Of a stretch of 64,000 nucleotides of DNA, positions 11,501 through 22,922 are shown one piece after another. The notes below the pieces were generated by a model. The model searched no databases, was not told the DNA's origin, and saw only the letters and a list, made by a program, of their open reading frames with translations. How positions within the stretch are numbered: the first letter of the stretch is position 1; each line of letters opens with the position of its first letter. A program made the translations under genes and the position numbers. The stretch is from Octopus sinensis (lineage: Eukaryota). The DNA lies in the NCBI RefSeq assembly GCF_006345805.1, contig NC_042997.1:77872001-77936000 (forward strand), given 5' to 3'.

Positions 11501-14354
11501 GTTAACGACGCGTTCAGCTTCCAGTAGCCGGGTGCCTGTCTATGTAGCCTATCTAAGTCGACCGTACAGATCACTAATTTGTGGTCCGTATATTCGACTA
11601 GGTGGAATTGTGGACACCCTACGCTGTCCTTATCCACTGGCCTACAAAACACTCTATCTAAATACGATCTAGACGACCCGATGCGGTTGGTCCAAGTCCA
11701 CATTGGCACATTCGGGTTGTCTAGTCGAAACCTGTCGGACAGCTGAAAGCGGCCGAGTAGGTTGGCGGGGTTCTTGCACCCTCCCCCTCTCCTATCAGAC
11801 GCTCCCCTGCCCACCCGATCGAAACGTTCGTCTAAGACAGCGTTCCAATCCCCAACTAGCACTAGAGTGCGTGACATTCCCAGGAAAACTTCCAGACGTT
11901 TGAAATAATCTGACTGCCCTGCTCCTGTCGGAGCATAGGCAGCTAGCAGTCTGAAAGCACCGCCGTCACTACCGTCCACGTCGAGGACCACCAACTTACC
12001 TTCCAGATTCAAGAAGACTGTCCTTATTTTCAGGTCCAGGCCCTTCCGAAACAACACCACAGTACCACCACCGCCCGCTCCCGGCGGACATGGAGATAGA
12101 AATATCTCGTATCCGCCGAAAAGGGCTGCGAGTTCCTGCGGGTCGGAGAGCCTGGTTTCACTGATGGCTGCTACATCCACATCATGAAACCTCAGGTCGT
12201 TTAACAGGTGACCCTGTTTCCAAGGTGACCCGAGGCCTCTCACATTCAAGCAACCGATTCTAAGATTTGCCATGTTTCAAAAGTTAGGAAAAAAAAAAAG
12301 GAGAAAAAAAAGGCTCTACTTACTGGTGTTGGTGGTGGGGGTGGCTCCCTTGTGCTTTTGCACGGGTGCTTCCAAAATATTTTTGTACAGTTTCTTAGGA
12401 AAACTTTTCCCTAACGATCCCACATCATTAGGGAATATTTGTTTAATTTCGTTGTATGTTGTTTTGTTTATTTTTATTGTGAGAATGTGTGCTGGTGGTG
12501 TGTTTTGTGTTGGTATAACGAAATCCGTTATATTTGTACTTGTTTTTTCTTTCAAATACTCAACCAGTTCCTGGTTTCTTGTATTTATTGATGTAATTGT
12601 GTCTGTGGCAGTGGCAATGGCAGTAGTGGTGTCAAAAGTGTTGTTGTTGTTTGTTGTTGTGAGTGTGTGTTGTTGTTGTTGTTGTTGTTGATGTTGGGAA
12701 GCACTATTTGTTTGTGCTTCCCCTGTATGTCTTTTTGTTTTCTCCTCCTTTTCTTTTTTGGAGGCACTGTGCTCCATTCTCCTTTGTTGGAATCAGAGCT
12801 CGCACAATCCGAGTACTCTTCATCCGGCAAAGGAATAGATGAGGGGTCTGCTTCAGCAGCAGGACGAAAAGTTGTTGGTTCCGCCGGTATCGGTGGTGCC
12901 ACTGCTCCTGTTGCTGTTGATGGTGCCCGCGTTGGTGAGCTCTCACCTTCTCTTCTTGCTGCTGTCGACCTTCTAGGTACTGGTGTTGGTGTTGGTTTGG
13001 TGGTTGTTGTTGTTGGAGGTGGTGTTGTTCATCTTGGTGCTGGTGATGGTGTTGGTGGTGTGGCAGCCTTTGGTGTTTCGTGCTGTTTCTGTTGTTGTTG
13101 TTGTTGTTGCTGCCTCTTGCTGTATTCTTCCATTCTCTTTTTTTGAATGGGGCAGTCCCTCTTCAGGTGGCTTTCGCTACTGCAGAGGAAACATTTTGGC
13201 TTTCGCCCCTCTACAGTAACGTTTAGCCTGGTCCCATCTAGTAAGATTTACAAAGTCAGGTATGGCATTGATGTTTTCCCGCTGTATCTGTACCAGCAGT
13301 TCAATACCCATACCTGACCAGTTCTTTTCTCTTACCCTCCGAACATTTAGAATAGTGGCAGTGTCCTCTATGCCATAGAGGATAGCCGCCACTAGCCATG
13401 AGATATTCAGTTCGGGGGGTATTGTATTTATTGTTATTTTTTGGACCTTACGCCCGAGGTACATCGGAAAGAGGAACAAATGTTCATTTTGCAAGGGCGA
13501 AATGGCATGCGCCCTTGCTTGCTCCTCTGTTGGGAAGCGAACCTCCACGGTTCCAAATCGCTTCCCTCTTGTCACATAGCTCTTTTGGCCCCAAATGGGC
13601 TTCAGAGCCATTTCTAACTGTTGGGGTGTGGCGTTAACCAATCTTTTAGTTTTCTTTTCGAAAACTTTATAGAAAATTGTTTTTGTGTTGGTCTCTTGTA
13701 TGAGTTGTTGAGGTGTGTTGAGGAAAACACTGTTTCCCTCTTTTCTCAACAAATCTTTTGCCATTTTAATATCTTTCATCGAAACTTGTATCTCTTCCGA
13801 AATTTGCTTCGCAGCTGAAGCAAAACCTTTGGAATTTTCTTCAATTTTTTTTTCTTTGTTTATTTCTCTCTTATTCATATCATTCCCTTCCTCCCCCTTC
13901 GGTACTATAACATTAGTTGAAGGTAAAGGGGGGAAATCTAAAATGACGTCGCAAGAGACGCCGTCTTTTTTGTTCTTATTTGGAACGCTTTGCTTTTCAG
14001 CACGTTCCATTGTAATGTTTACTTCGCCTTTTACGGCTTGAAATGGGCGGTTTGGAACCGCTGACGAAATTTTTTCTTCTTGTGGAGGGGGTGGTGTTGC
14101 AAGGAGGGAAGAGCCAGCAGCTCTTTTTAACGACATTTTGGAATTGTGTGTGTGCAAAATAATGTGAATGTCAATAATATAAACAATAATTTTACCCCCA
14201 ATGGGGTAAAATTTTGCCTAGCCAACCAGCTTCGTACGAAGTTAGTCGGCTTGGCCACGCAAATATTAAAAAATACTACAACTCACAAACAAATTTCCAA
14301 TGAAATTGGCACAAAAATCACAGAACTTCCGGAGACACGTCCATCCGCGTTGGA
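8568..14354 (-). mobile_element. full-length Tx1/L1-clade non-LTR retrotransposon, copy 1 (~5.8 kb, inactivated)
   Basis: ORF1 (14157 to about 12585) with a CCHC knuckle. ORF2 (12273-8847) with APE endonuclease (LNVRGL, ISET, GDWN, LDRVF, TDH), RT (DQSKAFD, RQGCPLS, YADD) and C-terminal CPRC..ETVLHALVQC. The 3' end AATAAAAAGAATAAA runs into (TTA)n. Frameshifts near 13242 and 10660; TGG>TGA stops near 10035 and 9549. Confidence 0.95.

Positions 14355-14387
<33 letters not shown>
14355..14387. repeat. (AAT)11 spacer between the two Tx1 copies
   Basis: Seen directly. Confidence 0.95.
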
Positions 14388-17300
14388 CAATTCTTTTTTA
14401 TTGGCCACAAGGGCTGACACGCATGATTACATAAAGGGACAAGACAGGACGAAAGGTTACAAAGGGTTTTGCCGTTTTTGAAAAACATCGAGTAAAAATC
14501 TTTATAACAATTTAAAAAATTCAACAATGAAAAACTCCCAAAAGGGGGAGACGTTTCGAAAGGTTCCTGGTGGAAAAACCCTACAAAAGCCAACGGAAGC
14601 CTGGTCAAATAAAGGGGGGTGTAGAGAGTCCCCTTTTTTTCTCCTTTTGTATTACCTTTTTGAAATCACAGGCGAAACCTGAGAACTGGTCCATTTATAC
14701 AGGCCAGTCTCGCACAATTCACCCACCTTTCATAAAACTTGCTATCGGACAGCACTTTCCTCTCTAACCTCATCTTCCTTTTCAAGTGAAACTTGAAAAA
14801 GTTGATGAGGCCTTGACCAAAGAGGAAGTGTCTGTCTTTAGCCCTTTCAAACGAGTCCACCACACGACCTCTTTCGCCACAGCCACTAGGCACAAGAAAA
14901 CGGCCTCGCCCTCCTTGTTAAAGGAGGTCGGCGGGGCAATCTTCACTATGGATTCGGCCGATAGTCAGATCCGTCCTACACGTGACAGTAGCTGTTCGAC
15001 ATAAACCCATATTTCAGCAATACTCGGGCACTGGACGAGTGCGTGCAGAACGGTTTCGTCGTCCTGGCAACACCTCGGGCAGGCCTGGCTGACGGCACTT
15101 CCGTGCCGGTAGAGTTTATCTCGAACAGGCAGAGCCCCTCGGTAGCACTGCCAGGCGAGAGACCTCTGGAAATTATCCATCGGCCCCGGCCCGAAAGTCC
15201 TCCCGAACAGACCGCTCAGTTCGTCGTCTTCAACGCCTAGAGTTTCCCCGAGACCGTCGTCACATTTTTCCTCCACTAACCCTCTATAGAACGCTAGAGT
15301 GGAGCTGTAACCGATCGCATTGCCCGCCTGGCGGAGGGCGGAGAGGGCTTGACGGCACTCGAGGTGCCAAGCGCCATTTCTCGGTCTACGTTTGATCCAG
15401 GTCTGCAGCTCCGTCAAAGAGACGAGCTGCGGAATATCGCGTCTGACAAAAGACAACCACACCTGTTCACCGTCTAGGAAACGCTTGAGATGCTGCAGCC
15501 TGAGCGCATGTCTGCGCAACAGCAACCACGGCATTCCAAGGCCTCCGTTCAGCGGTCGTTGACAGCAGATGGATCGCCTGACAAGTGGCACCTGACCCTT
15601 CCACAAAAAGTCGAAGAGCAGGCGTACCAGCTTGGCCAACCAGCGGTCAGGACAAGGGACGACGGTCAAGCGGTAATAGATGACGGATGCGATGTACGCA
15701 TTCGCCACCTCCACTCGACCTTTCAGGGACAGCTTCCTCTCGGCCCATTTCTGGGTGAGACATGCCACCCTGCTCGTCACCTCTTCCCAGTTCTTATCCA
15801 CCTGGAGGTCCGGACCGAACCAGACCCCGAGCAGTTTAACGGGTCCGTCTGTCCAGCGTCCTACGACGCTGTTGGACGGCATGGGCTTGCCTCTCCAGGT
15901 GCCCAGTTGCAAGCCCACAGACTTTTCCGCGTTAATCTTTGCCCCTGTCACCGCTTCGTACTGGTTTAGTGTCTCACCAATCAGGCCAATGTGCCTGTGA
16001 CTCGACACCACCATGGTGACGTCGTCGGCATAAGCAGACACGCTGTTTCCACCTCCTAGATCGCGCGGGATAACCCTCAAAGCCTCCACCTTGCGCAGTA
16101 AAGGCTCGAGAGTCAAAATGTACCAGAGGGAGGAGAGAGGGCATCCTTGGCGGACCGAACGCGAGATGTCGAACGGTTCCGAAAGGTGACCGTTCACCCT
16201 TATCACCGAGCAAATGTTGCTGTATAAAGCAGCTATCCACCCGCGGAACACTGGACCGAAGCCGGCTGCCTTGAGGACAGCTGCCAGGTACCGATGGTCG
16301 ACCCTATCGAAGGCTTTACTCTGATCCAAGTTGATCAAAGCCCCACCCGCGCCAGCGTCATTACCCACCCTCTCTATGATGTAGCGCATGAGATGGAGGT
16401 TGTCGTGTATCGACCTGGTCGGCACGGCACATGTCTGCGTCCAGCCGACCAGCTTGTCCACGACAAGCGCCAATCTCTAGCACCTTGGCCAAAATCTTCA
16501 ACTCTGCATTGAGCAGAGTGATGGGCCGGAAATTCCCTATAATGTCCCCCTTGTTTGGGTCCTTCTTCAGCAAAGCCACCACTCCTTGACAGACAAAAGC
16601 AGGAATTCTCCCGTTTTGCTGCCAGTTGCAGTAGACGTTTGCCAACAGGCCCGCAAACAAGTCTGGCATTGAAAAGTAAAGCTCGTAGGGCAGACCATCC
16701 AAACCTGGCGATCTACCTCTCGTGCAACTCTTCATCGCTTCTCCCACTTCCCAGGCAGATATCGGTCCTTCGCAGCACTCTGCCTCGTTGTCCGAGAGTT
16801 GCGGTAGGCCGTCCAGGTACACACCGAAGTCTGCACCGTTGTCCGTTCCACCGCTCGTCCCAAACAGTTGAGCAAAGTGCCGCTGAAGCACCGTACACAT
16901 CTGCTTCGGTTCGGTAACCTCGCGCCCGTTCTGGTCCACCAAAGACCGAATGGTTGCTTTGTTGCCTCGCTTCGCCTCCACCACGCGGGCCCATCGAGCG
17001 GCTCTAGTCCCCTCCCCGCTTAGCGAACGTGCCTTAGCTCTGACAACACAGCCTTCATGTTTGGCGTCGAAGTGTTGGTCGAGGGCCAACCTTGCCGCCA
17101 ACATGTCGGTCGCGATGCCAGTGTCAAGAGCCTCATCTAGTTTCTTAACTAAATCCCGCTCTCTCTCTTCCTACGTTCAATAGCTAGAGTCTTACTATAC
17201 CTAATCGACTCTACTCTAATTGCTCTCTTGAGGACAAACCACCAGTTGTTGTTGATGATTGCCCCCGTGAGCGCCCGCTTAACCAGTAACTAATCCGGTC

Positions 17301-20162
17301 TCTGTAAGCTTTGCACGCCGTTAACGACGCGTTCAGCTTCCAGTAGCCGGGTGCCTGTCTATGTAGCCTATCTAAGTCGACCGTACAGATCACTAATTTG
17401 TGGTCCGTATATTCGACTAGGTGGAATTGTGGACACCCTATGCTGTCCTTATCCGCTGGCCTACAAAACACTCTATCTAAGTACGATCTAGACGACCCGA
17501 TGCGGTTGGTCCAAGTCCACATTGGCACATTCGGGTTGTCTAGTCGAAACCTGTCGGACAGCTGAAAGCGGCCGAGTAGGTTGGCGAGGCTCTTGCACCC
17601 TCCCCCTCTCCTATCAGACGCTCCCCTGCCCACCCGATCAAAACGTTCGTCTAAGACAGCGTTCCAATCCCCAACTAGCACTAGAGTGCGTGACGTTCCC
17701 AGGAAAACTTCCAGACGTTTGAAATAATCTGACTGCCCTGCTCCTATCGGAGTGTAGGCAGCCAGCAGTCTGAAAGCACCGCCGTCACTACCATCCACGT
17801 CGAGGACCACCAACTTACCTTCCGGATCCAAGAAAACTGTCCTTATTTTCAAGTCCAGGCCCTTCCGAAACAACACCACAGTACCACCACCGCCCGCTCC
17901 TGGCCGACATGGAGATAGAAATATCTCGTATCCGCCGAAAAGGGCTGCGAGTTCCTGCGGGTCGGAGAGCCTGGTTTCACTGATGGCTGCTACATCCACA
18001 TCATGAAACCTCAGGTCGTTTAACAGGTGACCCTGTTTCCAAGGTGACCCGAGGCCTCTCACATTCAAGCAACCGATTCTAAGATTTGCCATGTTTCAAA
18101 AGTTAGGAAAAAAAAAAAAGGAGAAAAAAAAGGCTCTACTTACTGTTGTTGGTGGTGGGGGTGGCTCCCTTGTGCTTTTGCACGGGTGCTTCCACAATAT
18201 TTTTGTACAGTTTCTTAGAGAAACTTTTCCCTAACGATCCCACATCGTTAGGGAATATTTGTTTAATTTCGTTGTATGTTGTTTTGTTTATTTTTATTGT
18301 GAGAATGTGTGCTGGTGGTGTGTTTTGTGTTGGTATAACGAAATCCGTTATATTTGTACTTGTTTTTTCTTTCAAATACTCAACCAGTTCCTGGTTTTTT
18401 GTATTTATTGATGTAATTGTGTCTGTGGCAGTGGCAATGGCAGTAGTGGTGTCGAAAGTGTTGTTGTTTGTTGTTGTGAGTGTGTGTTGTTGTTGTTGTT
18501 GTTGTTGATGTTGGGAAGCACTATTTGTTCGTGCTTCCCCTGTATGTCTTTTTGTTTTCTCCTCCTTTTCTTTTTTGGAGGCACTGTGCTCCATTCTCCT
18601 TTGTTGGAATCAGAGCTCGCACAATCCGAGTACTCTTCATCCGGCAAAGGAATAGATGAGAGGTCTGCTTCAGCAGCAGGACGAAAAGTTGTTGGTTCCG
18701 CCGGTATCGGTGGTGCCGCTGCTCCTGTTGCTCTTGATGTTGCTGCTGTCGACCTTCTAGGTACTGGTGTTGGTTTGGTGGTGGTTGTTGTTGTTGGAGG
18801 TGGTGTTGTTCGTCTTGGTGTTGGTGATGGTGTTGATGGTGTAGCAGCCTTTGGTGTTTCGTGTTGTTTCTGTTGTTGTTGTTTCTGTTGTTGTTGTTGT
18901 TGTTGTTGCTGCTGCCTCTTGCTGTATTCTTCCATTCTCTTTTTTTGAATGGGGCAGTCCCTCTTTAAGTGGCTTTCGCTGCTGCAGAGGAAACATTTTG
19001 GCTTTCGCCCCTCTACAGCAATGTTTAGCCTGGTGCCGTCCGGCAAACTGACGAAATCTGGGACCTTGCTGATATTTTCTTGCTGAATTTGAGCAAGAAG
19101 CAGCACTCCCATCCCCAACCAGTTTTTCTCCCTGACTCTCCTGACATCCAGAATGGTGGTAGTGTCCTCTATGTCATAGAGGACAGCTGCCACCAGCCAT
19201 GACATATCGAGTTCAGGTGGTACGAGGTCAATTTTTATTTTTGTCACTCTTCGCCCGAGGTGGGTTGGAATGAGTAACAAACTCTCTGTTTTCAAGGGCG
19301 AAATGGCGTTCGCCCTTGCTTGCTCCTCTGTTGGGAAGCGAACCTCCACGGTTCCGAAACGCTTCCCCTTGGTTATGTAGCTCTTTTGGGCCCAAATGGG
19401 CTTTAGAGCTATCTCTAACTGTTGGGGTGTGGCGTTTGTTATTCTTTTCAGTTTCCTATCGAAAACCCGGTATGTAATTGTTTTCCTGTTGGTGTTGTCA
19501 ATTACTTCTTGTGGAGTATTGAGGAAGATGCTATTGCCATCCTTCCTCAATAACTCCTTCGCCTTTTTGATGTCTTGTTAAAGTAATCTTTACTTCCTCC
19601 GAAATTTGCTTCGCAGCAGAAGCAAAACCGTTGGAAGTTTTTTCACTAAGATTACTTTTCATGTTTGTGTCAATTGGATGCATATTTTTCTTTTCCTCCC
19701 CCTTCGGTACAACATCACTTGTTGAAGGCAGAGGGGGGAAATCAGGAGTGATGTCGAACGCGACGTCCTGCTTTGCATTCTCTTTTCGAATGGCGCGCGT
19801 GCTTTCCGGTTCGGAAGGAGGATCTCTGTTGCCTTTTACGGCGCGAAGTAGGTGTTTTTTTGGTGTAGTTTGTGATAATGTGTGTGTTTGTGGAGGGAAT
19901 GTATTTGGAAGGAAGGAACAGCTAACTGCTCGTTTCATAGCCATTTTTTGTTTAAATGTTTGTTATTTTGACAAAGTTCAAAAGTTTAAAATGTAATTTT
20001 ACCCCCAATGGGGTAAAATTTTGCCTAGCCAACTAGCTTCGTACGAAGTTAGTCGGCTTGGCCACAAAATTATCCAAAAATATTACAACTTTTAAAGAAA
20101 TTTCCAATGAAATTGGCACAAAACTTACGCCGCTTCCGGAGACACGTCCATCCGCGTTGAAA
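14388..20162 (-). mobile_element. full-length Tx1/L1-clade non-LTR retrotransposon, copy 2 (~5.8 kb, inactivated)
   Basis: Same architecture. ORF1 about 19944-18405 with CFLCSSESHLKRDC; ORF2 18092 to about 14666. Frameshifts near 19575, 17290, 17165 and 16480; CGA>TGA stop near 14965. Same 5' end (CAACGCGGATGGACGTGTCTCCGGAAG) as copy 1. Confidence 0.95.
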
Positions 20163-20169
20163 GAATAAC

Positions 20170-20205
<36 letters not shown>

Positions 20206-20236
20206 CTTAATAATAATAATAATAATAATAATAATC

Positions 20237-20271
<35 letters not shown>

Positions 20272-20273
20272 CT

Positions 20274-20333
<60 letters not shown>

Positions 20334-20360
20334 CTTATAATAATAATAATAATAATAATG

Positions 20361-20391
<31 letters not shown>

Positions 20392-20432
20392 TGATAATGA
20401 TAACGACAACAACAACAACAACAATAACAATA
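20163..20432. repeat. (AAT)n microsatellite with periodic AATCTT interruptions, at the Tx1 copy 2 5' junction
   Basis: Seen directly. Confidence 0.95.
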
Positions 20433-20599
20433 AAAAAACTGCTTATCAATTACTTTTAATAAAAGCAAGTATACATTATCAAGAAAAATTTTATGAATTC
20501 ATATACATATATAATCCTCATTCATCATTAACATTTAATGTCTACCTTCCATGCTTGCATGGGTTGAACAGTTTGACAAGTTGGTAAGTCTGGGGCATG

Positions 20600-20600
20600 T

Positions 20601-20681
<81 letters not shown>
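20600..20681. repeat. (CA)n microsatellite next to an RTE-tail stub (about 20520-20580, minus)
   Basis: Seen directly; the stub CATTTAATGTCTACCTTCCATGCTTGCATGGGTTG matches the RTE 3' terminus. Confidence 0.85.
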
Positions 20682-21344
20682 CAAGCTTTCATACACTTTC
20701 CATAAACCAAATTTCACTGTCAATCCAAGGCTCTAGTAGAAATACTTGTATAAGGTGTCATGCAGTGGGATCAGAATGGAAATCATCACAAGGTTGTGAA
20801 GCAAAATTCTTAATCACATAGCCATATCCATGAGAACTTATTATTATTGTACACTGTTGACACCAGTGATATATTATTTCAGTTTACATCTTTAACTGCT
20901 TTGTCTTTAGCCATTATTTTTACAGTTTGTTTTTCTATATACCATTGTTGCTGGTCATAATCATAGCTCATCTTTCACTACAATTCAGGTTGCAGCTAAC
21001 ACTTCATTACTTTCAAGTACTGCTTCAATGTGTCACTGTTTCTTCTTTCACTACTAAAATGACCTTTCTCATTGAACTTTTAACTATAAACTCCTTCTAC
21101 ACAAACCTATTCAATATATCATTCCTCCTTGATTTTCATCAGAATTTTAATTTCATTGGAACTGCCTTACTGTCCATTTCCCTGCTTGCCACCATCTAAC
21201 TTGAAGCAATTCAATCTTATCATCAATAACACTGACTTTACTCAACAATTCTTATACCCTGACTTTGAACTTTTATTTCAATCTTAGACAAACTATTTAA
21301 CAAAAGCACCAACTGATCGTGGCCATTTCCAAACTTCTTATGGC

Positions 21345-21570
21345 CCCTGTGTCGGTGGCACGTAAAAAGCACCCACTACATTCATGGAGTGGTTGGCATT
21401 AAGAAGGGCATCCAGCTGTAGAAACTGCCAGATCAGACTGGAACCTGGTGCAGCCTCCTGGCTTCCCAGACCCCAGTCGAACCATCCAACCCATGCTAGC
21501 ATGGAAAACGGATATTAAACAATAGCATGGAAAGCGGATGTTAAACGATGATGATGATGATGATGATGAC
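21345..21570 (+). mobile_element. 3' tail of the RTE LINE family (or derived SINE), ending in (GAT)n
   Basis: GGTGGCACGTAAAAAGCACCCACTACA...AAGAAGGGCATCCAGCTGTAGAAAC...CATGCTAGCATGGAAA...GATGATGATG, matching the 3' end of the 47955-51239 LINE. Confidence 0.85.
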
Positions 21571-21651
21571 TGATATATGAAACAACATATTTAAACATGT
21601 TTACTATGCAGCGAGAATATATTGATAATGTGTGAAATTATTAATATCTAC

Positions 21652-21763
21652 CTTTATTTTGAGCTTCTTTTAATTCTATTTCTGAATGTAAACAAGCAAT
21701 ATGTTCTTTCAGTTCATAGACCTGCTCCTGAAGTGCATGGCATTTGGTTTCAGAATCAGATAG
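21652..21763 (-). CDS. LRRC45: LRRC45 coding exon (coiled coil)
   Basis: CTTTTAG acceptor, GTAGAT donor, phase 0/1. LSDSETKCHALQEQVYELKEHIACLHSEIELKEAQNK(D). It supplies the phase needed by the next exon. Confidence 0.85.
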
Positions 21764-22922
21764 CTAAAAGTCAAAATCAAATAACTTTAATTTTCGAGGA
21801 CTAAAGCAGAAAAGATAGTTTTAGAATTTCTTAACATAGAAGAAATAGATTAAATATAAATGAAATATAGACAAAGCAGAAAATGATGCTAACTAATAAA
21901 TCAATTTCTGTTTATGCTGCACAGGATCAATTCTCTGAAGGAAGCAAATTAGATGACTAAAAGAAGCTAAATAATTTACAGGTACATATTATATTGACCA
22001 CAAGAGGGATGCCAGTTAAAGATGATTTCTTCAGTAGAGAAATAAAATAAATAATGTTTGGTATTTTGTCCAGTGCTCTATTGTTTCTGTTAACTTGTCC
22101 TGGACCAACAGAATATATTAATAACATTTAGACTTAGACAAAGCTACTGATGCAATAACAATGACCAGTCATGTACTGTGACACTGGGTAAAAACTTTAC
22201 TTTTATCTTCATGTAATAAGACAAAATGAAGTCAAACTTGACACAGCCCAAACTACCCCAGGCAATGAAAAATAAAAAAAAATTTAAAAGGCAAAGTCTA
22301 CTTGTCCTTTAATATAACAGAAATGGTGTAAGTGTTGAAAAGAATTCTAGCATAGTATTGATTTTGATAAGGTTTATCATAATAATTAGCATGCTTTAGG
22401 ATCAAGGTGCACAGAGATTGCAAACCTGGTTTAATAATGTAAACATGAAAAAATCTATTAAAATATTGATGAATAAGGATGATTATGATAATTAGTATAA
22501 AAGGGAATTTATAAAGTAGGAACTAAAGAGTGAAATTGATCATAAACATCAGGAAGTGCTATTTTGGCTTATCATTTGCCTCTATACCAATTCCTTGTTC
22601 AAACAAAATTTACTCAAATTTAGAATAAATAACAGAAATTATTTTCTGGAGAGAAAAAGTAGGAAAGTGCTCACATATGTGAGCATCAACAATTAGACTT
22701 ATTGTACATAAATTGTATCTAAAAGATCAGCAATTTTCATAGAGAAGATAGTAAAATATATTGACAAAGTAGAATGAGATAAAGACAATTTTAGAATATT
22801 TCTATATTCAAAATATAGTTGTAAACAAACAAGTAAGCCAAGATAATGACAATCATCTCCAGCTTCTAATTTTGTGAAAATGTAAGGTTATGAAAAGATT
22901 GATAAAAAACTGAGTCATATTA

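Noticed and set aside
14200-14354. Possible HDV-like ribozyme at the Tx1 5' end (long stem followed by CAA)
   Set aside because: The candidate P1 (ACGCGGA/TTTGCGT) is not conserved in copy 2, and I found no P3/L3/P1.1. Reported only as conserved hairpins.
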